DNA of 64,000 bases from Octopus vulgaris (lineage: Eukaryota): contig OX597817.1 of assembly GCA_951406725.2 (NCBI GenBank), forward strand, positions 144,026,001 to 144,090,000, read 5' to 3'. Below, in pieces: positions 1-11,260 of this stretch. The translations under genes and the position numbers were made by a program. The notes below the pieces were generated by a model, which was not told the DNA's origin, did not search any database, and saw only the letters and a list, made by a program, of their open reading frames with translations. Every line of letters begins with the position of its first letter. Within the stretch, counting starts at the first letter, position 1.

Positions 1-154
1 TCATCATCATCATCACCGTTGAACGTCCGTTCTCCATGCTAGCATGGGTTGGACGGTTCGACCGGGGATCTGGGAAGCCAGAAGGCTGCACCAGGCTCCA
101 GTCTTATCTGGCAATACCTGTGCTAGCACGGAAAACAGACGTTAAACAATGATG

Positions 155-340
<186 letters not shown>

Positions 341-599
341 TCATCATCATCATCATTTAGCGTCTGCTTTCCATGCTAGCATGGGTTGGACGGTTCAACT
401 GGGGTCTGTGAAGCCAGAAGGCTGCATCAGGCCCAGTCTGATCTGGCAGTGTTTCTACGGATGGTTCACTTACTTGTCACCGGCACTGGTATCACAGCTG
501 CAATTTCCATTGATGTTGATTGACTTCGATTTTGGTTCTGCTTTCTGATATCTGATTTGATTTTGATCTTGATTATATATATAAATATATATATAAATA

Positions 600-2390
600 G
601 ATGAGTGTATTTTTACCTTGTTAACAATTAACACGGAAAAATAAATAAATAGTTACCAGGGCAGCAAAAATCTCACAAGTAAAGGTGTTTAACTCCTTGT
701 CATAAAGGTTGAAACTTCGTGTTTACGTTGAATATTTTGAATAATATGAATAAAAAATGGAGTTAACGCAGGTGTAAACAAGTATTTTTACTTTCGACAC
801 ATGTTTCGAAAATTCCACTGATACTATTCAAAAGAATATATGGTATAAACAATGCAATCTTCTCTTCGGGAAAGTGAAAAAAACGAAACTCGTCAATACG
901 ACATTTTAGCAAAAAATGATGGATTTGTATAGCAATAGACAGAACGCTATTAATATTGTTTAAAAAAACGTTATATGATATAACGTCATAAGTAGCTAAC
1001 AGAAAGAGTAGGGATATTAATAGTGAATGTTAAATATAAAGGAAATTAAAGTTTAAATTATTTATAATGATAGAGACTACTTATATGCACTAAATGTATG
1101 TTTTTGCCAATGCTTACATCTGTATGCTCGCTCTATAACCGTGTTTACTAGAGTATTTTTAGAAAAAATAATGAAAAATAGCTCAGAATTGCAGAGAAGA
1201 CAGAATTTCTTGCCTTTGTCATATGGTATCGAAATTGAGAGGATCAACCATTCTAAATGAAATTGTTCATTGTCGTCTTTTAAATCCCAAATCAGTTAGC
1301 TGAGACCGGTACTATTCCGTTTATTTCTATTCCTAAATGTTGAGTAATGGATAGAAATTCTTTTAGATAACTCTAACGATGTGCTTCCAACGTAAAATCG
1401 TACTTTATTACGAGTACTGTTTATACACTGGTATATAGAATTTTTAATCTTAGAGTTACTTGACATAAATTTAATTCTATTGGAATTGACTTCAGATACA
1501 ATAACGTTGTTATTAATATTTCTAGAGGGTTGGATGGTATTAGCTAAATTAATGTTAGTATGTTAGTATTAGTAAATGTATTAATATTTAACAGTTTGTT
1601 ATTATGAGAAGATATAATTTGCAAGAGATTTTTTGTGTTTGAAAAACCTATCCTAACCTTATGTGAATTAATTATAGAATAATATCTAGAATTGTTTGGA
1701 AAATTCCTAGCAATAGCTTGACGAAACAGCAGTGGGAGATTAGATTTAATTTGTCTCCCGTAAGGAATTATTAACCAAATATTTTTACTAGTATTCATAG
1801 CATAATTACTTTTGAAGGTGTTATATTTACTTTTAGATCGATAATAGGGGATTAAATAAGGGTTATCTGCCTTCATTCGCTTTGTATCGGTGCGTAAGTT
1901 ATGTTTGTTATCAATAATTCTTTTACGACTAGAAATCTTATCTATATTATTGAATTTACAATTAGACTGAACAGAATCAATGTAGAAAATTTTTTCTGTA
2001 TAACCTGCTTTGATTAAGGCAGAGTTATAGAATTCAGCGTTATTATTGAAAATATCAACATTAGCAGATAATTTAGATAATCTAAATGAAATATTCTTAA
2101 CTAAATTCTTAGTAATTGCTCCAGGATGATTACTAAATTTGCTAATGTACTTAAGATTGGTCAACGGTTTATGATATGGGAAGTAAGAGTCACTGTGTAA
2201 ATTAAGTGTAATATCTAAAAAGTTGGCCTTCGTCAGATCGTCATCAAAAACGATTTTTAAGTCCATTCTACTGAAAAAATTAACTAAACTATTCTTAACT
2301 TTTTGTACCTTTTGGTTGGAAACATTTTGGAGGTAAACAATCATCACGATATAGACCTTCATAAATGTCAGGGAACTCTTCAGCCATATA
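600..2390 (-). mobile_element. 5'-truncated, decayed Penelope-like retroelement (RT C-terminal half + GIY-YIG endonuclease)
   Basis: Minus strand reads GLYRDD (YRDD at 2340-2351), then a frameshift into NFLDITLNL...KYISKFSNHP (ORF 1544-2437), then NSIYQC...FYVGST...KRI..H...CLLC..E...RCKH (about 1080-1450, one internal stop); flanked by (TA)n. Confidence 0.88.
790..875 (-). ncRNA. Minimal type-I hammerhead ribozyme (U4C core variant) in PLE 3' region
   Basis: Minus strand: ACUUUC-CCGAAGA-GAAGAUU...AAUUUUC-GAAAC-AUGU-GUC-GAAAGU; 6-bp stem I, 7-bp stem II, palindromic stem III loop. Confidence 0.7.
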
Positions 2391-2392
2391 TA

Positions 2393-3024
2393 TAACCATT
2401 TAACTAATCGATTTTTAAAAATTAATTGTTCAGTCAATCAACCAACCAATCAGCTTGGTTTGTGAGAGTCCTTTCATCTCCCTTCATGGCCTCATCAATG
2501 ACTCAACCTTCTTACTCAGTATAAATATAGAATCTTGGGAGGGTCATTATGCTAATAATAAACACATGCACTGGTTCTCTTTCACTTCTTTATTTGTCAA
2601 TTAGTTAATCATTTATTATTATTATTAGTCAAGTTGTTAACCATTTAACTAATTGATTTTTTAAAATTAATTGTTCAGTCAATCAACCAACCAATCAGCA
2701 TGGTTTGTGAGAGTCCTTTCATCTCCCTTCATGGCCTCATCAATGACTCAACCTTCTTACTCAGTATAAATATAGAATCTTGGGAGGGTCATTATGCTAA
2801 TAATAAACACATGCACTGGTTCTCTTTCACTTCTTTATTTGTCAATTAGTTAATCATTTATTATTATTATCAGTCAAGTTGTTAACCATTTAACTAATTG
2901 ATTTTTAAAAATTAATTGTTCAGTCAATCAACCAACCAATCAGCATGGTTTGTGAGAGTCCTTTCATCTCCATTCATGGCCTCATCAATGACTTCACCGT
3001 CTTACTCAGTATAAATATAGAATC
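2393..3024. repeat. 245-bp tandem repeat, about 2.6 near-identical copies
   Basis: TAACCATTTAACTAAT recurs at 2393, 2638 and 2883. Confidence 0.92.
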
Positions 3025-3254
3025 TGAAAACTAGGAAATGAATCTAACTGATCAATTGACTGATCAGATGATTAATCAAACAATCAATTGGGTAATTGAT
3101 CAAATGTTTAACTAGTTGACAAATAAAGGTTGCAAACCTCTTTGGGGGATATCAAAATCCTATGAAAGTACTGGTTTTGTTACCGATACAAAGAATATTG
3201 AACATTACATTTATTACTCAATTGCAAATTAACTGTATAAACCGTGGTTTATAC

Positions 3255-3652
3255 TCTTTACTCACTCTTTGACTTGTTTCAGTCATTTGACTGCGGCCAT
3301 GCTGGAGCACTGCCTTTTAATCGAGCAACTCAACCCCGGGACTTATTCTTTTGTAAGCCCAGTACTTATTTTATCGGTCTCGTTTGTCAAACCGCTAAGT
3401 GACAGGGACATAAACACACCAGCATCGGTTGTCAAGCAATGATAGGGGGACAAACACAGACACACGCATATATATATATATTCATATATACGACGGGCTT
3501 CTTTCAGTTTCCGTCTACCAAATCCACTCACAAGGCTTTGGTCGGCCCGAGGCTATAGTAGAAGACACTAGCCCAAGATGCCACGCAGTGGGACTGAACC
3601 CAGAGCCATGTGGTTGGTAAACAAGCTACTTACCACACAGCCACTCCTGCAC
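3255..3652 (-). mobile_element. tRNA-derived SINE family A (representative copy)
   Basis: Head GGAGTGGCTGTGTGGTAAG...GGTTCAGTCCC, central (TA/CA)n, tail GACTGAAACAAGTAAAAGAG; further copies near 8933-9270, 12560-13170, 16231-16620, 26218-26602, 58653-58975, 61781-62147 and 63640-63985. Confidence 0.85.
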
Positions 3653-4130
3653 CAATATTATAATAAGATGAGAAAATAGAGATGTAATTAATAAATTATT
3701 ATTTATTAATTTAAAAATTGACAAACATCAAGAAGGACCAACGTTTTGGATGTTGCTCTTTTGTCCTCTCTGACATCAAAAATTCTGTAAAGAAGCTTGC
3801 TTTACAACTGTGTGATTTTATGTTTTGTCCCCCTGTGCAGCAAGTGTCTTCAGTTATACTTTTAGGCCGACCAATGCCATGCGAGAGGATTTGATAGACA
3901 GAAAGTGTGTAGAAGCCTGCCATACATAATATGTGTGTATCTTTCACATACCACAGCTTGACAACTGGCGTTGGTTTATTTACGTCCCCGTAACTTAGCG
4001 GTTCGGTTAAAGACAACAATATAAATACTAGGCTTAAAAAATACAGGAGTCGATTTGTTCGGTTACATTATTCAAGTCGGTGCTCCAGCATGGCCGCAAT
4101 CCAATAACTGGAACAAGTAAATAAAAAACC

Positions 4131-4509
4131 GGTTTTTTTTCTAGTGGTGTCATATGAAATTGTCACCCATAAGTATGACCCTAGTATCGATCTATTGCAT
4201 TTCAATCTGCTTTAGGGTTAGGGTATCTTTTTTTTCTTCAGAAATGTAAATAAACCCAATCTGTTTCTTAAACGAGGGACACATTCACACGGCACAGAAT
4301 GTTTTCACCTCAATAGACGTCATTGATTGGTTGAAAGTGCAGAAATTGAAGAAAAAAAACAACAAATATCTTACAAATTATAGAATTTTCTCAATAAAGC
4401 CAAGATAAAAAGATGTTTTATAAACACATTCTGCCAGTATACGAAGTTTAAAAGTGTTTAGTTACGTGGAAATTATTTTAAAAAACTGCCGTTCAAACCG
4501 AAAAGATCC
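4131..4509 (+). mobile_element. TTAGGG-containing dispersed repeat sharing its right arm with the 43035 MITE
   Basis: Homologous to 30258-30641; ends GAAAAGATCC. Confidence 0.7.
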
Positions 4510-4679
4510 CCAAAAAACAGACAGATAAATGAATATTACCGCTAGGTTAATTCTCTCCATTGTGTTGCTCTCATCTCCCATCTTATTTCATCTTTTCTCC
4601 CACCACGTGTGTATCTTCTCATCTTTAGTATTTTCATTGTTTACATTTTACCGGCCTTTTTGTTAAAAATCTAACTGTA

Positions 4680-5468
4680 GCCTTTCCTTCCTCTCTTTCT
4701 CATCACCATTTCTCTCTCTCTCTCTCTGCTTAATACATCTCATCCAACTCAATAATGATGATTTTTCACTTTCTTTCCCGTTTTCTCTCTCTCTTTCATT
4801 CATTTGTCTCTAGATTGTCTGTTCTTAACCTTCCAACCCTTCCTTTCTCTCTCTCTCACTCACTCATTCATTCTTCTCTTTCTCTACCCTTCTTTCTTTT
4901 AATGACTTTCCCTCTCATTCACTCACACATTTATTCCTTCTCTCTCTCTCTCTCCCATTCAAATCCTTTCCCTCTCGTTCACTGGTTCAATCATTCCCTA
5001 TCAATCTCGCCTCTCCCCCTCTCATCTAATCACTTACCCTTTCACTTTCTCTCTTTATAAACAGTACCCTTTTTATATCCTGCTTCACCTAATCCCCTAC
5101 AATTAATCCCCTCTTTACCTCACTCCTTATCTCCAATTCTCCCTTATTTTCACCTCTCTCACCCATTCCTCTTTTCCTCTCTTCCACTCATATATATCTC
5201 TTTCTCCCTTTTGTCACTTATCTACCTCTCTCCCTATCACTCCTACATATTTCTGTCCCTCTTTCTTTCACACTGACATCTCTGTCTTTCATCGCTATCA
5301 CTCATCTCTCTCTCTTACTATTACTTTATCACTCATCCCTTCTCTCTCTGCCTCTGTACCACTCATCTCCTCTCTAACTCTATCTCTTTATCCCCCTCTC
5401 TCTCTCTCACTCTATCTCTTTGTCCCTCTCTCTCTGTTGTGACATGTGAGATCTCTAAAATGGCGGCC
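4680..5468 (+). promoter_or_regulatory. Probable SUCLG2 promoter/5' region: long polypyrimidine (CT-rich) tract ending in a YY1-like AAAATGGCGGC motif overlapping the start codon
   Basis: Strand-asymmetric CT tract; AAAATGGCGGCC at about 5457-5468; CpGs locally retained downstream. Confidence 0.45.
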
Positions 5469-5516
5469 ACGAGGAAAGTGCTTCAACATGTGTGTTGTCC
5501 GTTGCTGCGGAATCAG
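5460..5516 (+). CDS. SUCLG2: SUCLG2 coding exon 1 (putative mitochondrial presequence MAATRKVLQHVCCPLLRNQ)
   Basis: AAAATGGCGGCC start context after a CT-rich tract; 19 codons with Arg/Lys and no acidic residues; strong donor CAG|GTAAGG in phase 0, matching the phase-0 acceptor of exon 2. Linkage to exon 2 is inferred across 39 kb. Confidence 0.75.
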
Positions 5517-5886
5517 GTAAGGAATACACACAGACATTAATATTTCATGTTTTGCTTTTAATTACATCATTCCATCGAGTCATATGAATGTTATTATGTA
5601 AGCTAGCAGCAGAAATGCGCTGAAAACCCGCCTTTCTCTGCTTTCTCATCTGCCGCAGTTACGTTCATTCAATTTACACGTCCGATCGTGTCCCACCTGT
5701 AATCGAAGACGAATCGGTTTAAAGTCTGCAAACTTCTTAATAATGACCGATTCCTATGTATCCGATCCTTTGTGCCAATGTACGAAATAATCTAAATAAA
5801 AAGAAGAAAAAAAAAGAATTAGACAACTTATGAGTCCTTTATGTATACATACATTATATACACAGCAGGCAACTGAACACACCCTC

Positions 5887-5939
<53 letters not shown>

Positions 5940-8900
5940 TATATAAAGGTTATGTTCCGGCCAACAAGTCTGGTGAGTTGCCGATATTGCTAGTAGGTGC
6001 GAAAACAATGGTAACTTTCTGACCAGCCTTAACCAACACTACATTAAATATTATTACTGCTCGAAAAAAATTCTTTAGCGTGCTTTTGAATTTTTTTTCG
6101 GACCTCTGATCAACAGATATATATATTTATATATATATAATATGTGTGTGTGTGAAGTTATCCTGAGGCGGATTAGTATTTATATATCCATGCATAACTC
6201 CACTTTATCTTTGTTTTCGTGAAAAGTTTTTTTTTCTTCTTTCTGATAAAGATTAGTTGGCCTTTATAATTTGAACATTGGTGAAGGTCATCCACAAATA
6301 CCCGATACTTACATACGGGTAGAGGAAGGACTTCATTAGTACTTAAGACACGTGTTGTTTATTATTTTTACCCTTTGAGTCTATCGTCGTCTGGAGTTAG
6401 GTGGAAATGAGACGGATTGATGATAATTACATGGTGTAAATGGCTACTTGTCTTCGAGTCTTGTATATAAGTATTAAAGCTTATCTTTAGAAGTGATCTG
6501 GGAAGTTGTAACGTTCATGCCCTTACGAGCATGGTTATCAATAAATGAAGTTATATTAACACCGTCGGTTGGTATTACTTAACTCATTTCTAAAATCCAA
6601 TTAAAATCCAATTAATTTTTACCTGTCGTTACAGGTAAACTAGGTAATTGAATAAGGGAGATTCGTAACGTTTTTTATGCCCCTAACCCCTAGGGAATGT
6701 TTAATTAATTTTTACATTCTCTGTTTTTTTCTTCTTCTAATAACTGATTAAATTATTATTTTAATTGAAACACATACAATGATATGAAATATTGAAGTGC
6801 AGCTATCCTTCGGTATTGGTAGACGATGTCATTCACACCACAACCTTGCCTCCAAACTTAAAGAGGCTTGGTTCGAAACAAGGTGAATGACATCGTCTCC
6901 CCGCGCTGGTGCCTAACAGAATAATGCTGTTTTTAAGAGTTAATTAATAATTTTGTTCTCTAAAACGATTTTAATAAAGTTACTTAGTAATTTTGTTCCA
7001 AGCAATTTTGATGAAGTTAGGCCTATACTTTTCCCCTTATCGTCGCGCCCTTTGAAATACTGCCTCAAACCCTCTGTTTGTGTATGTACCGCAGATTTGA
7101 GAATCTTTGCTCTAGGTGGTTGCTTGATAAGGTAGAAATAGCAGTCAAATCTTCATAAAACACCCTACTGTCTCAAAAAAGGGGATAGGCATACTGCATA
7201 ATGGCATCCCCAGATACAATGTGACTTGTAGAAATAAATAAATGAATAATAATAATAGTAACAAAAAGATTAAATAAAAGCATCGTGATGATCGCAGCTG
7301 AAATGTCTTAATATAGTTCGCTCGATCAGGGTGACCCTAAATTCAATAAGTAACATAATACAAAAAATGGAATAATCAACGTCTATTTGTACGTCTCCAC
7401 TAATATAATCTCTCTTAATTACACTGGATTTCACTTTAATATTAAATCGCCTCTTAATACCGTTCACTCTGTTAGGCTCACCTACCAACCAACACGTTTA
7501 ATTATTGTAAATATTTACCAATTCTGTTGCTACACGTAATTTATGATAAAGACTTGCAGACGGTTTATAGTAATGTCACTTGTTAAATCTTTTTCTAAAT
7601 AAATTTTCCAGCCCTTCATTAAATCGTTATCCTTTTTTTGTTTTCGTTTAGCTCTAATAAGAGTCGATAAGGTTATGATCTGAAACGTTCCGTTCATGCC
7701 TATCCCGTCTTTCGTATATATTGTTCAGTGCATCTTGTTTCCAAGACTGCAGGTTGTAATTTGAGGGAGTATACAATTTCCGTTCGTAGCAATTTGAACG
7801 ACCACGTAGAGGATTTAGTTTGTAAACATCTTATCTTACATGTAACCTTTGACCCATAGAATTTGAAAACTGACTCTCAAGCAAGCCTCTTTATCTAATC
7901 GAAAATACGAAAGCAAGAATGTGTTGTGTTGGTGCAAAATTTGTCGACCCCTTTTTTTCTGTCTACCTTAGCAATAAAATTAAACAGGATTCGTGGACAT
8001 AACTATTCATGTTCACTTTAGGATTTTCAGCTTCGACTATTCATCTTCACGTGCTGTTTTTGAAGTCAGGGCGAAAATAACAACTCAAGGTTGTTTTCGT
8101 AATCTTACAAACATGTGATGATAGTGTGATGTGTCTAGTGTGTAACCTAATATAATATATCGAAGAAGGATTACACAACCTAGTTAATAGTCATTAATTT
8201 ACTTTATTGTATTGTAATGTCCTTGAGAAAGTCACGTCACACTTTTCTCATTTCACAGTATTTCTCTTTCGTGCTCGCTCGACCCTCTAGACATAGCAGC
8301 TAAATTCTTTCCAATCACCGTCTATTATCTTAAAAAATGAGGCAAAAGACAATATTGTCCTTGACAGGATGGGAACAGTTTTAACGACTTTGATCACAGG
8401 TCTTCAGAACCATGACTGACCTAGGGTTAAACAACTTTTTTCCTTCCATAAGCGTGGGACTTTGTATCTATGTAAACAGCTGCTTTTACTCCTGAGAAGA
8501 GGTAAATTTCGGAAAATCTGAGTTAGTGAAATTCGGTTTTGTCTTCCGGTTGGCTTCAATCCAGCCAAGTTGGTAATAATGTCTTTGAGAAAGGCATGAA
8601 TATCACGAACTCTCATTTCGTGCTCTTCAAATTTAATAGTTGGGTGTCTTATGATTTTTAATGAAACTTGTTTCGTGCCGGTGGCACGTAAAAAGCACCA
8701 ACCGATCGTGGCTGTTGCCAGTCTCCCCTGGCACCTGTGCCGGTGGCACGTAAAAAGCACCTACTACACTCACGGAGTGGTTGGCGTTAGGAAGGGCATC
8801 CAGTTGGAGAAACACTGCCAGATCAGACTGGAGCCTGGTGCAGCCTCCTGGCTTCCCAGACCCCGGTCGAACCGTCCAACCCATGCTAGCATGGAAAACG

Positions 8901-9999
8901 GGCGTTAAACGACGATAATGATGATTGCATTCATGGCTGTGTGCTTAAGAAGCTCACTTTGTAACCATGTGGTTTTGGGTTCAGTCCCATTGTGCAGCAC
9001 CCTGGGCAAATATCTTCTATAGCCCTGGGTTGATCAATACCTTGTGAATAAATATGGCAGGTGGAAACTGTGCAGAAGCCCGTCGTTTGTATGTCAATGT
9101 ATTTATGCTTGTTCCCCCACCCATTTCTTAACAATTAGGGATCAGCAAAAAATATAAAATAACAGACTTTAAAAAATATAAGTACTGGGGTAGATTTGTT
9201 CAATTTAATCCTTCAAGGCAGTGCCCCAGCATGGCCACAGTCCAATGGCTGAAGCAAGTAAAAGATAAAAGATTTGTTGTAACTACTGAGAGCTGTACTG
9301 TAGCATTAAACGATGCTGTATTCTATTAAGTATGATCCCAGATTTAAGATTTAACCTGTTAAGATATGTGTTGCATCTCATGGCTGTTAGTAAGAAGCTT
9401 GCTTTGCAGTCGCAGAGGTCTGGGTTCAGTCCCACTGTGCGGCACCTTGGATAATTGTCTTCTACTATAGCCTTGGCCCAACCAAAGCCTTGTGAGGTGA
9501 TTTGGTTGCTGGACACTGAAAGAAGTCTGTTGTTTGTATTTGTGTGTATATCGAGGCCTTTGGTGATATGCTGTGCTTGAGAAGACCCGTCAAGCCAAGT
9601 GAAATCATAGTTGTGCCTGATGCTGGTGACACATAACTGGCACATAGTGGGGCCCTCATCATCATCATTGTTTAACGTCCGTTTTCCATGCTAGCATGGG
9701 TTGGACGGCTCGGTGCTTTTTACGTGCCACCAGCACAGGTGCCAGGCGAGGCTGGCAACGGCCATGATCGGTTGGTGCTTTTTACGTGCCACCAGCATGG
9801 AAGCCAGTCAAGGCGGCGCTGGCATCGGCCATGTTTGGATGGTGCTTTTTACGTGCCACCGGCACAAATGAAAATTTTGGTAAAAACAATGTTATTGCAA
9901 AGGTGTCTAGTAACTGTGTTAGATAACACAGTTACTCCATGTACTGATAGAGCTCTTTCTGACTTACACTCTATCAACTTGAATCTGTCCCAGAGTTCA

Positions 10000-11260
10000 G
10001 TTTTGTGCCACCCCCTTCTTCCTTCTATTGATCAATGATCCACTTGCTATCGCCTCTGCCAATGCCCAATCCTATGGAGATGACACCCCACTTCATTCCT
10101 CCCTAACCATCTGTTCCCATGTGTCAGCCACTTAAAACTTAGACACCTCATACCAAACCATGGCAAACTGAGACCTCAAAAACATTCCCCAGTGGGGGTC
10201 ATATCAACTGGTTGAAGACACAATCACTGTACAAATTAAGGAAGTACTCTTGTATCTCATCTCCCCTAATTCATGGGTGACACATAACTAGGACTCTCAA
10301 ATTGTTACAAATGTTGGGCCTCACAATGACTGATGATGATGATCATCATCATCGTTTAACATCCGCTTTCCATGGGTTTGACTGAGGGCTGGCGAACCAG
10401 ATGGCTGCGCCAGGCTCCAGTCTTGATCTGGCAGAGTTTCTACTGCTGGATGCCCTTCCTAAGTCAACCACTCCAAGAGTGTAGTGGGTGCTTTTACGTG
10501 CCATCGGCACGGGGGCCAGTCAGGCGGTACTGGCAACGACCTCGCTCAAATCTTTTTACACATGCCAACGGCACAGGTGCCAGTAAGATGATACTGGTAA
10601 CGATCCCGCTCGAGGAAGCCAGTTAGCCGCTCTGGCAACGATCACGCTTGGATGGTGCTCTTAGCACCCTACTAGCATGGGGCACAAGTTCCATTCACTG
10701 ACCCACATTGCTAAAACTACCTCTCTAAGACTGGTGATCCTTTTTATGGCAATGAAATACTTCATCTTCCACCAGTTGTTAAATCTCTACACAACTCAAA
10801 TGAGACCCTCAATGAGTATTGTTCCCACAAATGAAATGATGGTGTTACTGCCACACATATGCACATTTTGGACTGCATCTAAGAAAGGGCCATTCAACCG
10901 ATTAATGGAGCCATTCACTAGCACATTCACCACTATATTCCAGCTTCTAGCCCCCAGACATACCGTCTCTTTACTGCTTTTCTACAGACATCTGAGGGGC
11001 CTTTGCTCTTGGAGCTGGCTAATCTCATACCCTCTCCACCTTGGCTCACCTGTCTCTCATCACTTCTTATCACTCATATTATCCCTTATCGGGATACACA
11101 CTGAACACTTATCTTGATCTTTCCTATCCAGATTATCCTATCTCTGTGTTCTCTCTTTCATCATATTTTTGCAACAGGTTCAACTCACAGTTAATGAAAA
11201 GAGCCATTAGTCTCATTATTAGTCGTGGAGGGCTTGTGAAGGCACATATCTTTCTTACAA
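10000..11260 (+). mobile_element. Decayed CR1/L2/Jockey-type LINE RT fragment interrupted by an RTE 3'-end copy (about 10332-10690, minus)
   Basis: YGDD-like (tatggagatgac) near 10072; LYTTQMRPSM-(E)YCS motif near 10785; R.TVSLLLFYR. Confidence 0.55.

Noticed and set aside
1544-2437. Intact 297-aa protein-coding gene
   Set aside because: Frameshifted internal piece of a PLE whose N-terminus runs into the flanking tandem repeat
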